A DNA stretch of 50,299 bases, taken from Candidatus Nomurabacteria bacterium. Its GTDB lineage: Bacteria > Patescibacteriota > Minisyncoccia > Phycocordibacterales > UBA918. The stretch lies in assembly GCA_020632095.1 (NCBI GenBank), contig JACKGF010000001.1:392638-442936 (forward strand). Reading direction: 5' to 3'. The position numbers were made by a program, and so were the translations under genes. This document shows, in pieces, positions 1-8,086 of the stretch. Position 1 is the first letter of the stretch, and every line of letters starts with the position of its first letter. Below the pieces are notes generated by a model. That model saw only the letters and a list, made by a program, of their open reading frames with translations, did no database searches and was not told where the DNA came from.

Positions 1-912
1 AAAGCTGTATTAGCTGCCGCTCACACTTTAGAAAAAGAGGGATTTTCAATTACTTACATTAAGCCTGATGAGGCAGGAATAATTTCTGTAGAAGCGGTTT
101 TATCAGCCGTTACCACTGACACCATCTTGATATCAATCATGTATGCCAATAATGAAATTGGGACTGTACAACCAATTAAAGCAATCAGTGAAGCTCTGAA
201 GAACATTCGCCCCGACCAGACCTACCCAATTATTCACACTGACGCCTGCCAAGCACCCGGTATGCTACCCATCTCCCCCACCACCCTTGATGTGGACGCG
301 ATGACCTTGAATGGCGCTAAGGTCTACGGCCCAAAAGGCGTAGGTCTGCTATATCTAAAAAAAGGGATTGCGATTGAACCGGTCCTGGTCGGTGGCGGAC
401 AGGAGGGTGGACTCCGGGCAGGTACAGAGAGTGTTCCGCTCATTCTAGGCTTTGCTTTGGCTTTGGAAAAAGCGGTCGCTAATACCAAGAAGGAATCAGT
501 CCGGCTCCGCTCACTGCAACAATTTTTTATTGCAGAATTAGAAAGTAAATTGTCGGTAGTAATCCTAAATGGACACCGCACTGAACGACTCTCAAATAAC
601 ATCAATATTTGTATTCCTGATGTTGAAGGAGAATCTTTAGTGCTATTGTTAGACCAAGCAAACATCTGTTGTGCAACTGGTTCTGCCTGTAGCGCGCAAG
701 ACTTAGAACCATCACATGTCCTCCGAGCAATCGGCCGTAACGATGATATTATCCATGGTAGCTTACGCTTTAGTTTGGGTAAATCCACCACCAAGAAAGA
801 TTTGCAATACACCGTCGAAACTTTAGTTGCTTCAGTCACTAGATTAAAATCAATCACCGCTAGTACCGTATCGGCCTTAACCAAACATAATTTCTATGTC
901 TCTAAAACCTGA
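1..912 (+). CDS. Cysteine desulfurase (NifS/IscS class), 5' end truncated by the window edge
   Basis: Frame 1 is open from base 1 (KAVLAAAHTLEKEGF...), so the track start at 127 (TTG) is internal. The active-site loop ATGSACS is followed by LEPSHVLRAIG, typical of class I desulfurases. Confidence 0.9.
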   Translation, partial: KAVLAAAHTLEKEGFSITYIKPDEAGIISVEAVLSAVTTDTILISIMYANNEIGTVQPIKAISEALKNIRPDQTYPIIHTDACQAPGMLPISPTTLDVDAMTLNGAKVYGPKGVGLLYLKKGIAIEPVLVGGGQEGGLRAGTESVPLILGFALALEKAVANTKKESVRLRSLQQFFIAELESKLSVVILNGHRTERLSNNINICIPDVEGESLVLLLDQANICCATGSACSAQDLEPSHVLRAIGRNDDIIHGSLRFSLGKSTTKKDLQYTVETLVASVTRLKSITASTVSALTKHNFYVSKT

Positions 913-1339
913 TGTTAGCGCTTGTAGTAGCAGTCCTTCTTGGCTATACAGCGATGTGGTCAAGGAGCATTTTCTTCATCCCCAAAATCTGTTAATCGAC
1001 GAAGCGGAATATGTCTCAAATGGTATTGGAGTAGTCGGTAGCCCAGCTTGTGGCGACATGATGGTAGTCTGGATAAAAGTTGATCCACAGAAAGAACGTA
1101 TTCTTGAGTGCAAATGGCGCACCTTTGGTTGTGCTTCCGCTATCGCCTCCACCTCAATGATGTCAGTCATGGCGACTGAAAAAGGCGGAATGTTACTTAA
1201 ACACGCCAAGCGACTGACTCCAGAAGCCATCATCGAAAGATTGGGTGGCTTACCGGACCGTAAATACCATTGTTCAGTCCTTGGCCACCAAGCCCTACGT
1301 GAAGCAATTGACGATTATGAAAATTCTCAACAGAATTAA
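896..1339 (+). CDS. iscU: IscU/NifU-type Fe-S cluster scaffold
   Basis: All three scaffold cysteines are in context (GSPACGD, FGCASAIAS, KYHCSVLGHQALREAI). It overlaps the desulfurase stop. The true start may lie a few codons downstream of 896. Confidence 0.85.
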   Translation: MSLKPDVSACSSSPSWLYSDVVKEHFLHPQNLLIDEAEYVSNGIGVVGSPACGDMMVVWIKVDPQKERILECKWRTFGCASAIASTSMMSVMATEKGGMLLKHAKRLTPEAIIERLGGLPDRKYHCSVLGHQALREAIDDYENSQQN

Positions 1340-1341
1340 AT

Positions 1342-2049
1342 ATGGAACTCGAAAAAAATTACCACTGGAAAATTAAGAAAATTAAAGCCGAAACTTCCGG
1401 TGTGCAAAGTCTGTTTTTATCTTGCCTAGAAAAAAGACCGGAGTTTGTTGCTGGACAATACCTGACAATAAAACTACCAGAACAAGTCCCAGCTGAAGGC
1501 AAAGCCTATAGTATTGCCAGCAACCCAGCCGAGCCATTAGTTCGAATTACTGTTCGTACCATTGGCACCTTTTCAACTTCTATTAACAAGTTAGCAATTG
1601 GTGACGAAGTAACAACCAGTGCTCCGTACGGATATTTTTACCCTGAACCAGAAGACAAGACACCCTTAGTATTAATCGCTGGAGGAATTGGCATCACTCC
1701 GTGTTTTAGTATCAGCAAGGATTTACTGGAAAAGAATGACCCGCGGAAAATCCACCTTTTATACTCCAACCAAACAGAATCTGACATTGTCTTTGTATCT
1801 GAGATCAACGAATTAAGTAGTGCAAGTGATAATTTTTCCGTCACCCACTTCATCACCAGAGAGACTCCGCACTCAACTGGATACCAAACCGGTCGGCTGT
1901 CTGGTCCAAAAATAATTGAGTTGACCAGTTATCTAGACCAGCCTGAATTCTTCATCTGCGGCTCCATCCACTTCGTCCGTGACCTCTGGACCGACCTAAA
2001 AAACCACAACATTCCACAAGAAAATCTTTTCACCGAAGGCTTCTTTTAG
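1342..2049 (+). CDS. FNR-like FAD/NAD(P)-binding oxidoreductase (no ferredoxin domain)
   Basis: FAD-binding-like KAYSIAS and NAD-binding LIAGGIGITP motifs. The gene starts 2 nt after the iscU stop. Confidence 0.7.
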   Translation: MELEKNYHWKIKKIKAETSGVQSLFLSCLEKRPEFVAGQYLTIKLPEQVPAEGKAYSIASNPAEPLVRITVRTIGTFSTSINKLAIGDEVTTSAPYGYFYPEPEDKTPLVLIAGGIGITPCFSISKDLLEKNDPRKIHLLYSNQTESDIVFVSEINELSSASDNFSVTHFITRETPHSTGYQTGRLSGPKIIELTSYLDQPEFFICGSIHFVRDLWTDLKNHNIPQENLFTEGFF

Positions 2050-2114
2050 AAAACTAGCTGATACTAACGACTTTACACTACTTTCAATCATCACATCTGC
2101 TATAATTTACCCAT

Positions 2115-2198
2115 ATGAAAGTCTTATTTTTGTTTATCGGAGGTTTTATATTACTAATGATCATCAACTCCTTCATCGGCGGCAAACCTTTGGGATGA
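2115..2198 (+). CDS. Candidate 27-aa hydrophobic peptide (MKVLFLFIGGFILLMIINSFIGGKPLG)
   Basis: Too short for the ORF track. TATAAT at 2101-2106 lies 8 nt upstream of the ATG (leaderless geometry). No convincing -35 and no SD. Confidence 0.2.
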   Translation: MKVLFLFIGGFILLMIINSFIGGKPLG

Positions 2199-2214
2199 GA
2201 AACTCAGATAATAT

Positions 2215-2227
2215 AGTGGCTGTCACT
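2215..2227. repeat. Palindrome AGTGGCTGTCACT, copy A of the GTCACTWTTT repeat
   Basis: Read directly. One mismatch from the perfect palindrome seen at 2310-2322. Followed by ATTTCT. Confidence 0.6.
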
Positions 2228-2309
2228 ATTTCTCCAGAATTATTACACTACAAATTACTAGTTTATAACGGACATATCCCCATTAGCTCCTCTTGGGTAA
2301 AGGTAAAAT

Positions 2310-2322
2310 AGTGACTGTCACT
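2310..2322. repeat. Perfect palindrome AGTGACTGTCACT, copy B
   Basis: Read directly. It shares ATAGTGRCTGTCACT with copy A 95 nt upstream. A third partial copy, GTCAGTCACTATTTTT, is at 2734-2749. Confidence 0.6.
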
Positions 2323-2388
2323 TTTTTCTACACTTTCTATATCTTACTAAAGTGTTGCGGTTATTTCTTGAATTGAGGCAAATAATTC

Positions 2389-2416
2389 TTGACAAATAGA
2401 TGGAATGTTCTATTAT
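2389..2416 (+). promoter_or_regulatory. Sigma70-type promoter TTGACA-16-TATTAT
   Basis: Consensus -35 at 2389-2394 and -10 at 2411-2416. The SD AAAGGAG lies 7 nt before the ATG at 2450. Confidence 0.55.
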
Positions 2417-2449
2417 CAAAATCCGAAACCACTGGAAAGGAGTAATTAT

Positions 2450-2656
2450 ATGAGACTTAAGGGTTTGTTCTCACAGAGATGTGTCGATATACAAATCGGC
2501 GTACTTATCGCAATTAACGCGGTGTTTGCAATCGCAGATATTTATCGGTCAGAGACGACGGTGCTGGTCTGTGAAAGCTATGCAGTTCTTAATCCCAGCG
2601 CCAAGTCATCGATGACTGCACTGACAAGCAGGACAGATTGTCAACGTTACGAATAG
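2450..2656 (+). CDS. Orphan 68-aa protein with one predicted TM segment
   Basis: It has its own promoter, a strong SD and a terminator. The track ORF from 2405 includes the untranslated leader. Hydrophobic stretch IQIGVLIAINAVFAIADIY. Three Cys residues. Confidence 0.5.
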   Translation: MRLKGLFSQRCVDIQIGVLIAINAVFAIADIYRSETTVLVCESYAVLNPSAKSSMTALTSRTDCQRYE

Positions 2657-2684
2657 TTGAACACCTACACGAAACATGGGATTA

Positions 2685-2710
2685 CACCCACTTCGGTAGG
2701 TGTTTTCTCT
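2685..2710 (+). terminator. Rho-independent terminator (UUCG-loop hairpin plus T-run)
   Basis: CACCCAC-TTCG-GTAGGTG (one mismatch) followed by TTTTCTCT. The upstream ACACCTAC (2661-2668) could pair with the same 3' arm as an alternative. Confidence 0.45.
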
Positions 2711-2753
2711 TATAAATTAACTCCGGAAATGGGGTCAGTCACTATTTTTGAAT

Positions 2754-2776
2754 TAGTGCAGTTAACTGTACTAATT
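2754..2776. repeat. 23-nt palindromic motif TAGTGCAGTTAACTGTACTAATT, copy 1
   Basis: 21/23 identical to 5172-5194. It is part of a 26-nt imperfect palindrome at 2751-2776 centred on GTTAAC. Confidence 0.7.
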
Positions 2777-2793
2777 AAGAGCCACATCCGCCA

Positions 2794-2821
2794 TTGACAC
2801 AAGATACCATGTGTATATACT
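2794..2821 (+). promoter_or_regulatory. Promoter TTGACA-16-TATACT for the TA operon, with leaderless geometry
   Basis: The track TTG start at 2794 is the -35 hexamer itself. The -10 ends 8 nt before the ATG at 2830. Confidence 0.5.
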
Positions 2822-2829
2822 TTAGATAT

Positions 2830-3099
2830 ATGAAAACACAAGTCAATTTAAAGATAGATTCTCGCGTAAAGGAACAGGCTCAAAAGAGAGCTGAAGAACT
2901 TGGACTGTCTTTGAGTTCTATAGTCAATGCAACCCTTAGTCAATTTGCCCGCACTGGTGAACTTGAACTATCCGTTGCTCCACGAATAACAGCTTCTTTA
3001 GAGGAGCTGGTCGTTGAGGCTAGAAAAGAGTATCTGTCAGGAAAGACCTCTGGTCCCTTCGATACTGCAGATGAACTAATGAAGCATCTCGCATCTTAG
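2830..3099 (+). CDS. DinJ/RelB-family type II antitoxin (ribbon-helix-helix)
   Basis: MKTQVNLKIDSRVKEQAQKRAEELGLSLSSIVNATLSQFAR resembles the DinJ N-terminal RHH. It sits 3 nt upstream of a RelE-class toxin gene. Confidence 0.75.
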   Translation: MKTQVNLKIDSRVKEQAQKRAEELGLSLSSIVNATLSQFARTGELELSVAPRITASLEELVVEARKEYLSGKTSGPFDTADELMKHLAS

Positions 3100-3102
3100 T
3101 AT

Positions 3103-3357
3103 ATGAGAATCACCACGACAAAGAATTTCGACAAGCAGTTCAGAAAACAACCTCAGAAAATCCAAAAAGAATTTGCTAAAAGGATTGAATTATTTTTAGT
3201 TGATCTAAATAATCCTATTCTCAATACTCACAAATTATCAGGCAAATTGAAAGATTTGTGGAGCTTCAATGTTTCAGGTGACATCCGGGTGATATTTGAT
3301 AAGTCTTTCGGCGATATTGTTGTCCTAGAAGCGATTGGTTCACACAGTGAATTGTAA
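3103..3357 (+). CDS. YafQ/RelE-family type II toxin (mRNA interferase)
   Basis: 84 aa. HKLSGKLKDLWSFNVSGDIRVIF...IGSHSEL matches the YafQ/RelE C-terminal signature. Confidence 0.8.
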   Translation: MRITTTKNFDKQFRKQPQKIQKEFAKRIELFLVDLNNPILNTHKLSGKLKDLWSFNVSGDIRVIFDKSFGDIVVLEAIGSHSEL

Positions 3358-3410
3358 GATTAAATAAGTACTAAACTACCCGCTAGCTGTTTTGGTTTAA
3401 AAACTAAACC

Positions 3411-4427
3411 TTAATTAATTGTTGATGTAGAGGTTACAACATCCTGAGTCTTTAGCTTACCTTTACCAATCTTATTTTTATATTTTGAAGAAGCTTCGAC
3501 GCTTCCATCTTCTCGCACCTTAACATCTAAATAGCCAATCCGATGATTTCCATCAGGATTTTTATCACTAGCTATCGCAGCATCAATATTTATCATGCAA
3601 ATGCCTGGTATATAATTCTCGAACTTCTGTCCGCCTGAGGTTTGTTTTTTGTGACCATGCACTACGGTAGTCACTCCTAACTTAGCTAACAATAACTTCA
3701 CTTTATCGGCTTGGTTTCTATAATAACTCTCCTCTGATTCCCCCATAATCCCTCCCCCTTCTCCCCCATAATTACACTCCTCAAAAACAGCAACACTTTC
3801 TTCCGGAGAATCCTTCATCGTAGCTACTGCCTGAGTGAATCTTTCATTAATCAGCCACTCTGATGGATCAACATCACCCGCAAATTCTTCATACTGTTGC
3901 ACCATTTCTTCCAACATCTCCTCCGTCGGATAGCGATGAGTAAACAACACCGGGCCTTTTTTATGTACTACTCCAAACTCTGCTAAAAATTCAATATGCT
4001 TATTTTTCAGGCCAGTTGGCTTTTCTTGTGCCTCTCTGATCAGCAAATCAAGTTCATGGTTACCCACCAAAACCGTCACTTCACACCCCAACGGAGCTTT
4101 TCTTTTTAAATGTCTTAATAATTTCAATACTGAAGTATCTGGATTTTGCTTGTTAATACTATCCCCTGTTACAACTAAATGTATGCCTGAAACATCTGGT
4201 AACCATTCCCCATCATTATCAGTAATTCCACTTCTCTCTAAACTTGCAATGGCTGATTTTAAATCATTATGGATATCAGACAAACCAATATAATGCTCAA
4301 CTACTGGTATCCGCTCCGGTTTGTAAACGTCTTCCGGATCTACTATTCCAAAAATCTCAGCTGGATTTAACTGTTCTGTTTTAGACTCAGGTCTATTAAA
4401 TCTAAAAGGATTTTCAAAACTGGACAT
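3411..4427 (-). CDS. Calcineurin-like metallophosphoesterase
   Basis: Motifs in order: LSDIHND (DxH), VVTGDSINK (GD), VGNHELD (GNHE), VVHGHKK (GH). TACAAT lies 7 nt upstream of the ATG. Confidence 0.8.
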   Translation of the reverse strand: MSSFENPFRFNRPESKTEQLNPAEIFGIVDPEDVYKPERIPVVEHYIGLSDIHNDLKSAIASLERSGITDNDGEWLPDVSGIHLVVTGDSINKQNPDTSVLKLLRHLKRKAPLGCEVTVLVGNHELDLLIREAQEKPTGLKNKHIEFLAEFGVVHKKGPVLFTHRYPTEEMLEEMVQQYEEFAGDVDPSEWLINERFTQAVATMKDSPEESVAVFEECNYGGEGGGIMGESEESYYRNQADKVKLLLAKLGVTTVVHGHKKQTSGGQKFENYIPGICMINIDAAIASDKNPDGNHRIGYLDVKVREDGSVEASSKYKNKIGKGKLKTQDVVTSTSTIN

Positions 4428-4518
4428 AAAATTTATTGTAAAAAATGAAGCCTTATTTATTTGACATCTAGTTCAGGCTCGTTACTAGCCATATGAGACA
4501 ACTTGTGAACTTTTTAGT

Positions 4519-5010
4519 TTAAAAACCGATCAGCTTCACAATCTGTTCAACAGTTTGTTCCTTGGTATTCTCAGACGTGCTAATAATCACATCACCTTCT
4601 CCCGGTTGGGTAATATCATGATATGTGTTAACAATCTCATCTGATTTAACTTTTTCTCTATTCATATTTCTATTAATGACTTCGTCTTTGGAGGCTGTCA
4701 GAAATATAGTCAAAATATTGTAGTCATTTTCCAGTAACTTAGCTTTTAAGCGATCGTAGTATTCGTCATGAAATACTTCTTCAAGGATTATATTGTACCC
4801 ATCAGCAATTACCTGTTCAAGAAAGTAAGCACCGACATTTCTAGCAATTCTAGTACGAGACTCACTTGAATCACTCGCAATCATGTGCCGAAACACGTCT
4901 ATACTAAGCAGGACAAAACTAGGTAATCTTTGTTTAAGGGCCTGAGAGGTCGTAGTTTTTCCAACTGCGACTGGCCCTCTAATTATTACCGCTACTTTGT
5001 TTGTTTTCAT
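4519..5010 (-). CDS. Small P-loop kinase/NTPase (AAA_33 or zeta-like fold class)
   Basis: Walker A GPVAVGKTT at residues 12-20. 163 aa. Arg-rich lid-like NRNMNR. The substrate cannot be called from sequence. Confidence 0.65.
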   Translation of the reverse strand: MKTNKVAVIIRGPVAVGKTTTSQALKQRLPSFVLLSIDVFRHMIASDSSESRTRIARNVGAYFLEQVIADGYNIILEEVFHDEYYDRLKAKLLENDYNILTIFLTASKDEVINRNMNREKVKSDEIVNTYHDITQPGEGDVIISTSENTKEQTVEQIVKLIGF

Positions 5011-5171
5011 TTGCTAAGTATAGCAAACCTAGTATTAGAAAATTAACTAGATTGACCCACTCCTGTCACACAATCACTCCCAATATCGGCCGCCGAAACA
5101 AGTGATAAAAAACAAAAAAACACGCCTAATGTGAATTAGGTCAGAAATGAGGTTAGCCATTATTCTCTAAC

Positions 5172-5194
5172 TAGTACAGTTAACCGTACTAATT
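5172..5194. repeat. 23-nt palindromic motif TAGTACAGTTAACCGTACTAATT, copy 2
   Basis: 21/23 identical to 2754-2776. It lies between the divergent kinase and truB genes. Confidence 0.7.
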
Positions 5195-5286
5195 CAGTAA
5201 ACCAATTTGTCGTGAAATTGAGGTGATACTTGATAACATCAAGTTAGCAGTCGACTCTGTCCTAGAATAATGTCATTATAACGATT

Positions 5287-6096
5287 ATGGAAAAGTATAT
5301 TATACTCCACAAAAAGGTAGGTGAGACGCCATTATCGTGTGCCGAAGACTATCGTCAGACTCATCCGGACTTGATTGGTGTACCGATGGCCTACGCTGGC
5401 CGGCTCGACCCAATGGCGTCTGGCAAGCTGTTGATACTTCTAGGTGATGAATGCAAAAATCAAACAAACTATCATGGTCTGGACAAAGAATATGAATTTT
5501 CGGTTTTATTCGGGATCGAATCTGATTCACTTGATGTGCTTGGCCGACTCAGTGCCGGCACTAAAAAAACCGACGAGGTGACCGAGGAAAAAATATCTGC
5601 CGTAGCTGATAAATTCGTCGGCGCAATCGAACTTCCCTACCCAAAATTTTCTGCCAAAACTGTCCAAGGAAAACCACTGCATATGTGGACCTTGGAAAAT
5701 CGACTAAATGAAATCGAAATCCCGACCAAACAATCAACCGTCTACTCGCTCAGTCTCACTAAAATCGAAACCTTAAGTCGCGAAGAATTAGTAAACCAAG
5801 CTCTCACTAAAGTTAATTCAATTCCTGAAGTAACCGACGAGCGAAAAGCGCTTGGTAATGATTTTAGGCGAGTTGATGTTAGACAAGACTGGGAAAATGT
5901 TCGAAATGACTCCTCCCTACCAAACAACTTCCAAATCGCCCACTTCACATGCACCGCCTCTTCTGGTACCTACATGCGCACTCTAGCCAGCCTAATCGCG
6001 AAAGAGCTAGACACCTGCAGCTTAGCTTGGAGCATTCACCGCACTAAAATAGGCGTCTTTAACCCCGATTTAAATACTTGGAAAATTGAATACTAA
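5287..6096 (+). CDS. truB: tRNA pseudouridine(55) synthase TruB-like
   Basis: Catalytic-Asp motif GRLDPMASGKLLILLG and C-terminal SSGTYMRTLA. Short form (269 aa). Confidence 0.8.
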   Translation: MEKYIILHKKVGETPLSCAEDYRQTHPDLIGVPMAYAGRLDPMASGKLLILLGDECKNQTNYHGLDKEYEFSVLFGIESDSLDVLGRLSAGTKKTDEVTEEKISAVADKFVGAIELPYPKFSAKTVQGKPLHMWTLENRLNEIEIPTKQSTVYSLSLTKIETLSREELVNQALTKVNSIPEVTDERKALGNDFRRVDVRQDWENVRNDSSLPNNFQIAHFTCTASSGTYMRTLASLIAKELDTCSLAWSIHRTKIGVFNPDLNTWKIEY

Positions 6097-6100
6097 AATA

Positions 6101-8080
6101 TTAATCTTTGGGCTTACTCAACTCCTCTACTTTTTCAATGTAAGCCAAGACTGCCAATACAAATTCGGCGTGGCTCCAGACCAAGGGAGCAGTGGAGAGT
6201 TGTTCTCGAGTGTTTGGATGCATTTGTTCGGCCAACACTCCGCTACTAGTGGCGTGTGAACAGGTCCATTCCAAAAGCTCAAGCGGATACTTCAAATCCT
6301 TTAGCGATTTGGCACTTTCAATATAATAACGAGCTATCCAGAGAGTGGTGATGACCCAAGGGTTTGGTGACTCGGCATCTTGCATTCGGTAATAAGCATC
6401 TGCCTCATAGCGCACAAACCCTTTACTATTCCCTTGCACCTGCAACTTCCCTTCCACCGCTTTTACCATGCGCTTTATTTTTTCATCGTCCACATCAAAC
6501 ACGCGGAAAAGTAAAAGTCCGTATAGACTACTAGTATCTACCGTTCTGTCATACTCTAGTTCGCCATCAGCCGTATGAAAAACATGCTTCACAAACTCGC
6601 CTTTCTTTTCATCAAACAAAACCGTACCAATCGCTGACTTAATTCTATCTGCAATTACTTGGTAAGTCCGGGATGGCTCGTCTTTTCCAAGCATGGTAGC
6701 AAACTTAGCCGCCGCCATCAGACCGCCATAAACTGAAGCAGCCGTGTAGGTAGAAGTCCCGTATTTCTCTTCCCACAGATCAAAAGAAGCTTGTGGCAAA
6801 CCAGTAGTGGACTCTATGTAATCACACATGAAGTTAGCCGCTGGCTCAATAAAAGTGTTATACATTGACTCAATAAATTCTATGTCGCGGTAACGCTCAT
6901 AGTGTTCAAACATCATAAAAATAACAGTGGCTGTTTCGTCTTCCTGAATCGGCAGTCTTGGTTCTCCTTTAATAATCCAAGGATGCCATGAACTACCGAG
7001 CACACCGTCAGTTCTATATTTGTGCATCAAGTAACCGTTTGGCTCCAAACAGTTTTCTGCAAATTTATAAAATCTCATGGCTACATCACGGTAACCAGTC
7101 TTGTCGAAGGTGTGGGCTATAATCGCTGCGTCGCGTGGCCATACATAACTATAAGTATCACGTCCATGATGAAGCATATCTGTGTCACTGGAAGCGATAA
7201 TTCCACCGCGATTATCAGCATGCACTCTCATCACCATCAATGAACGTCGATATAAAGTCTGCAATTCAGCCGGAAGTAACGATAGATCAGTTCTTTCTTT
7301 CTCCACCCAAGCTCGCCAATAAGACTCAGTTGAAGCGATTAACCTCTCTGGAGTATCAGACAAAACTAATTCGTCTAGAGTATGAACCTCAGAAACAGAT
7401 TTGCCGCAAACGATCCAGTAGTAGGTATCCTGAGAGGAGTGTCCTGCAATATCAAAGGTTAAACCTATAACGGAATCGACCGAACCATGTTCGATAGGGT
7501 TCTTCTCTAGCACTCCATCGTTAGCATCTAGATAAGTCCCTTCCCTGCCCTCAATCCCAAACAAACCAATGTTGTATTCCTGAAATGATTGCTTACCAAC
7601 TATCGCATTCACTAGTATGGTTGTTTCACCTTTGTAGTGAATTATAGCTTTCACTCTAGGGTCATAGAAACCAGTATCACCTCGTCTTGACTCGAAGATA
7701 CGAAATTGTTGTGACAAAAATAATTTGACTGTTCTTTTGTCTGAGCGATGATTATGAACAGTAAAGTGTCTAAGGAAGATATTCTGTTCATTGTGTACAG
7801 CATCACGGCTAGCAACAGCAATACCAAGTTTCAAATTCTCAGCAAACATAGAACCGATAGAGGTGTCTTCCTCTGCCCCGATACTGATTTTCCAGTCAGG
7901 GTCATCAAGCCAGGAAATTTGGTCGTCCACATATATACCGATCCGATGAACGAAACTACCACTAGCACCACTGACGTGATTGGCTTCTCCTACAAAAGGA
8001 AAATACAAATCACGTACTTGACCACGAGCATCAAGACCAACTAGTAGGTTGCCGTTTCCAATTGTTACCGAACGAGCCAT
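6101..8080 (-). CDS. Glycoside hydrolase family 15 (glucoamylase/glucodextranase class)
   Basis: 659 aa. YSYVWPRDAA motif and (alpha/alpha)6-type C-terminal region. Last gene of a four-gene operon. Confidence 0.85.
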   Translation of the reverse strand: MARSVTIGNGNLLVGLDARGQVRDLYFPFVGEANHVSGASGSFVHRIGIYVDDQISWLDDPDWKISIGAEEDTSIGSMFAENLKLGIAVASRDAVHNEQNIFLRHFTVHNHRSDKRTVKLFLSQQFRIFESRRGDTGFYDPRVKAIIHYKGETTILVNAIVGKQSFQEYNIGLFGIEGREGTYLDANDGVLEKNPIEHGSVDSVIGLTFDIAGHSSQDTYYWIVCGKSVSEVHTLDELVLSDTPERLIASTESYWRAWVEKERTDLSLLPAELQTLYRRSLMVMRVHADNRGGIIASSDTDMLHHGRDTYSYVWPRDAAIIAHTFDKTGYRDVAMRFYKFAENCLEPNGYLMHKYRTDGVLGSSWHPWIIKGEPRLPIQEDETATVIFMMFEHYERYRDIEFIESMYNTFIEPAANFMCDYIESTTGLPQASFDLWEEKYGTSTYTAASVYGGLMAAAKFATMLGKDEPSRTYQVIADRIKSAIGTVLFDEKKGEFVKHVFHTADGELEYDRTVDTSSLYGLLLFRVFDVDDEKIKRMVKAVEGKLQVQGNSKGFVRYEADAYYRMQDAESPNPWVITTLWIARYYIESAKSLKDLKYPLELLEWTCSHATSSGVLAEQMHPNTREQLSTAPLVWSHAEFVLAVLAYIEKVEELSKPKD

Positions 8081-8086
8081 AAAAGA

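Noticed and set aside
324-884. 186-aa minus-strand ORF opposite the cysteine desulfurase gene, and similar antisense ORFs in GH15, GH57, the P-type ATPase, the antiporter and the helicase
   Set aside because: Each overlaps a motif-supported gene on the other strand. None has its own expression signals.
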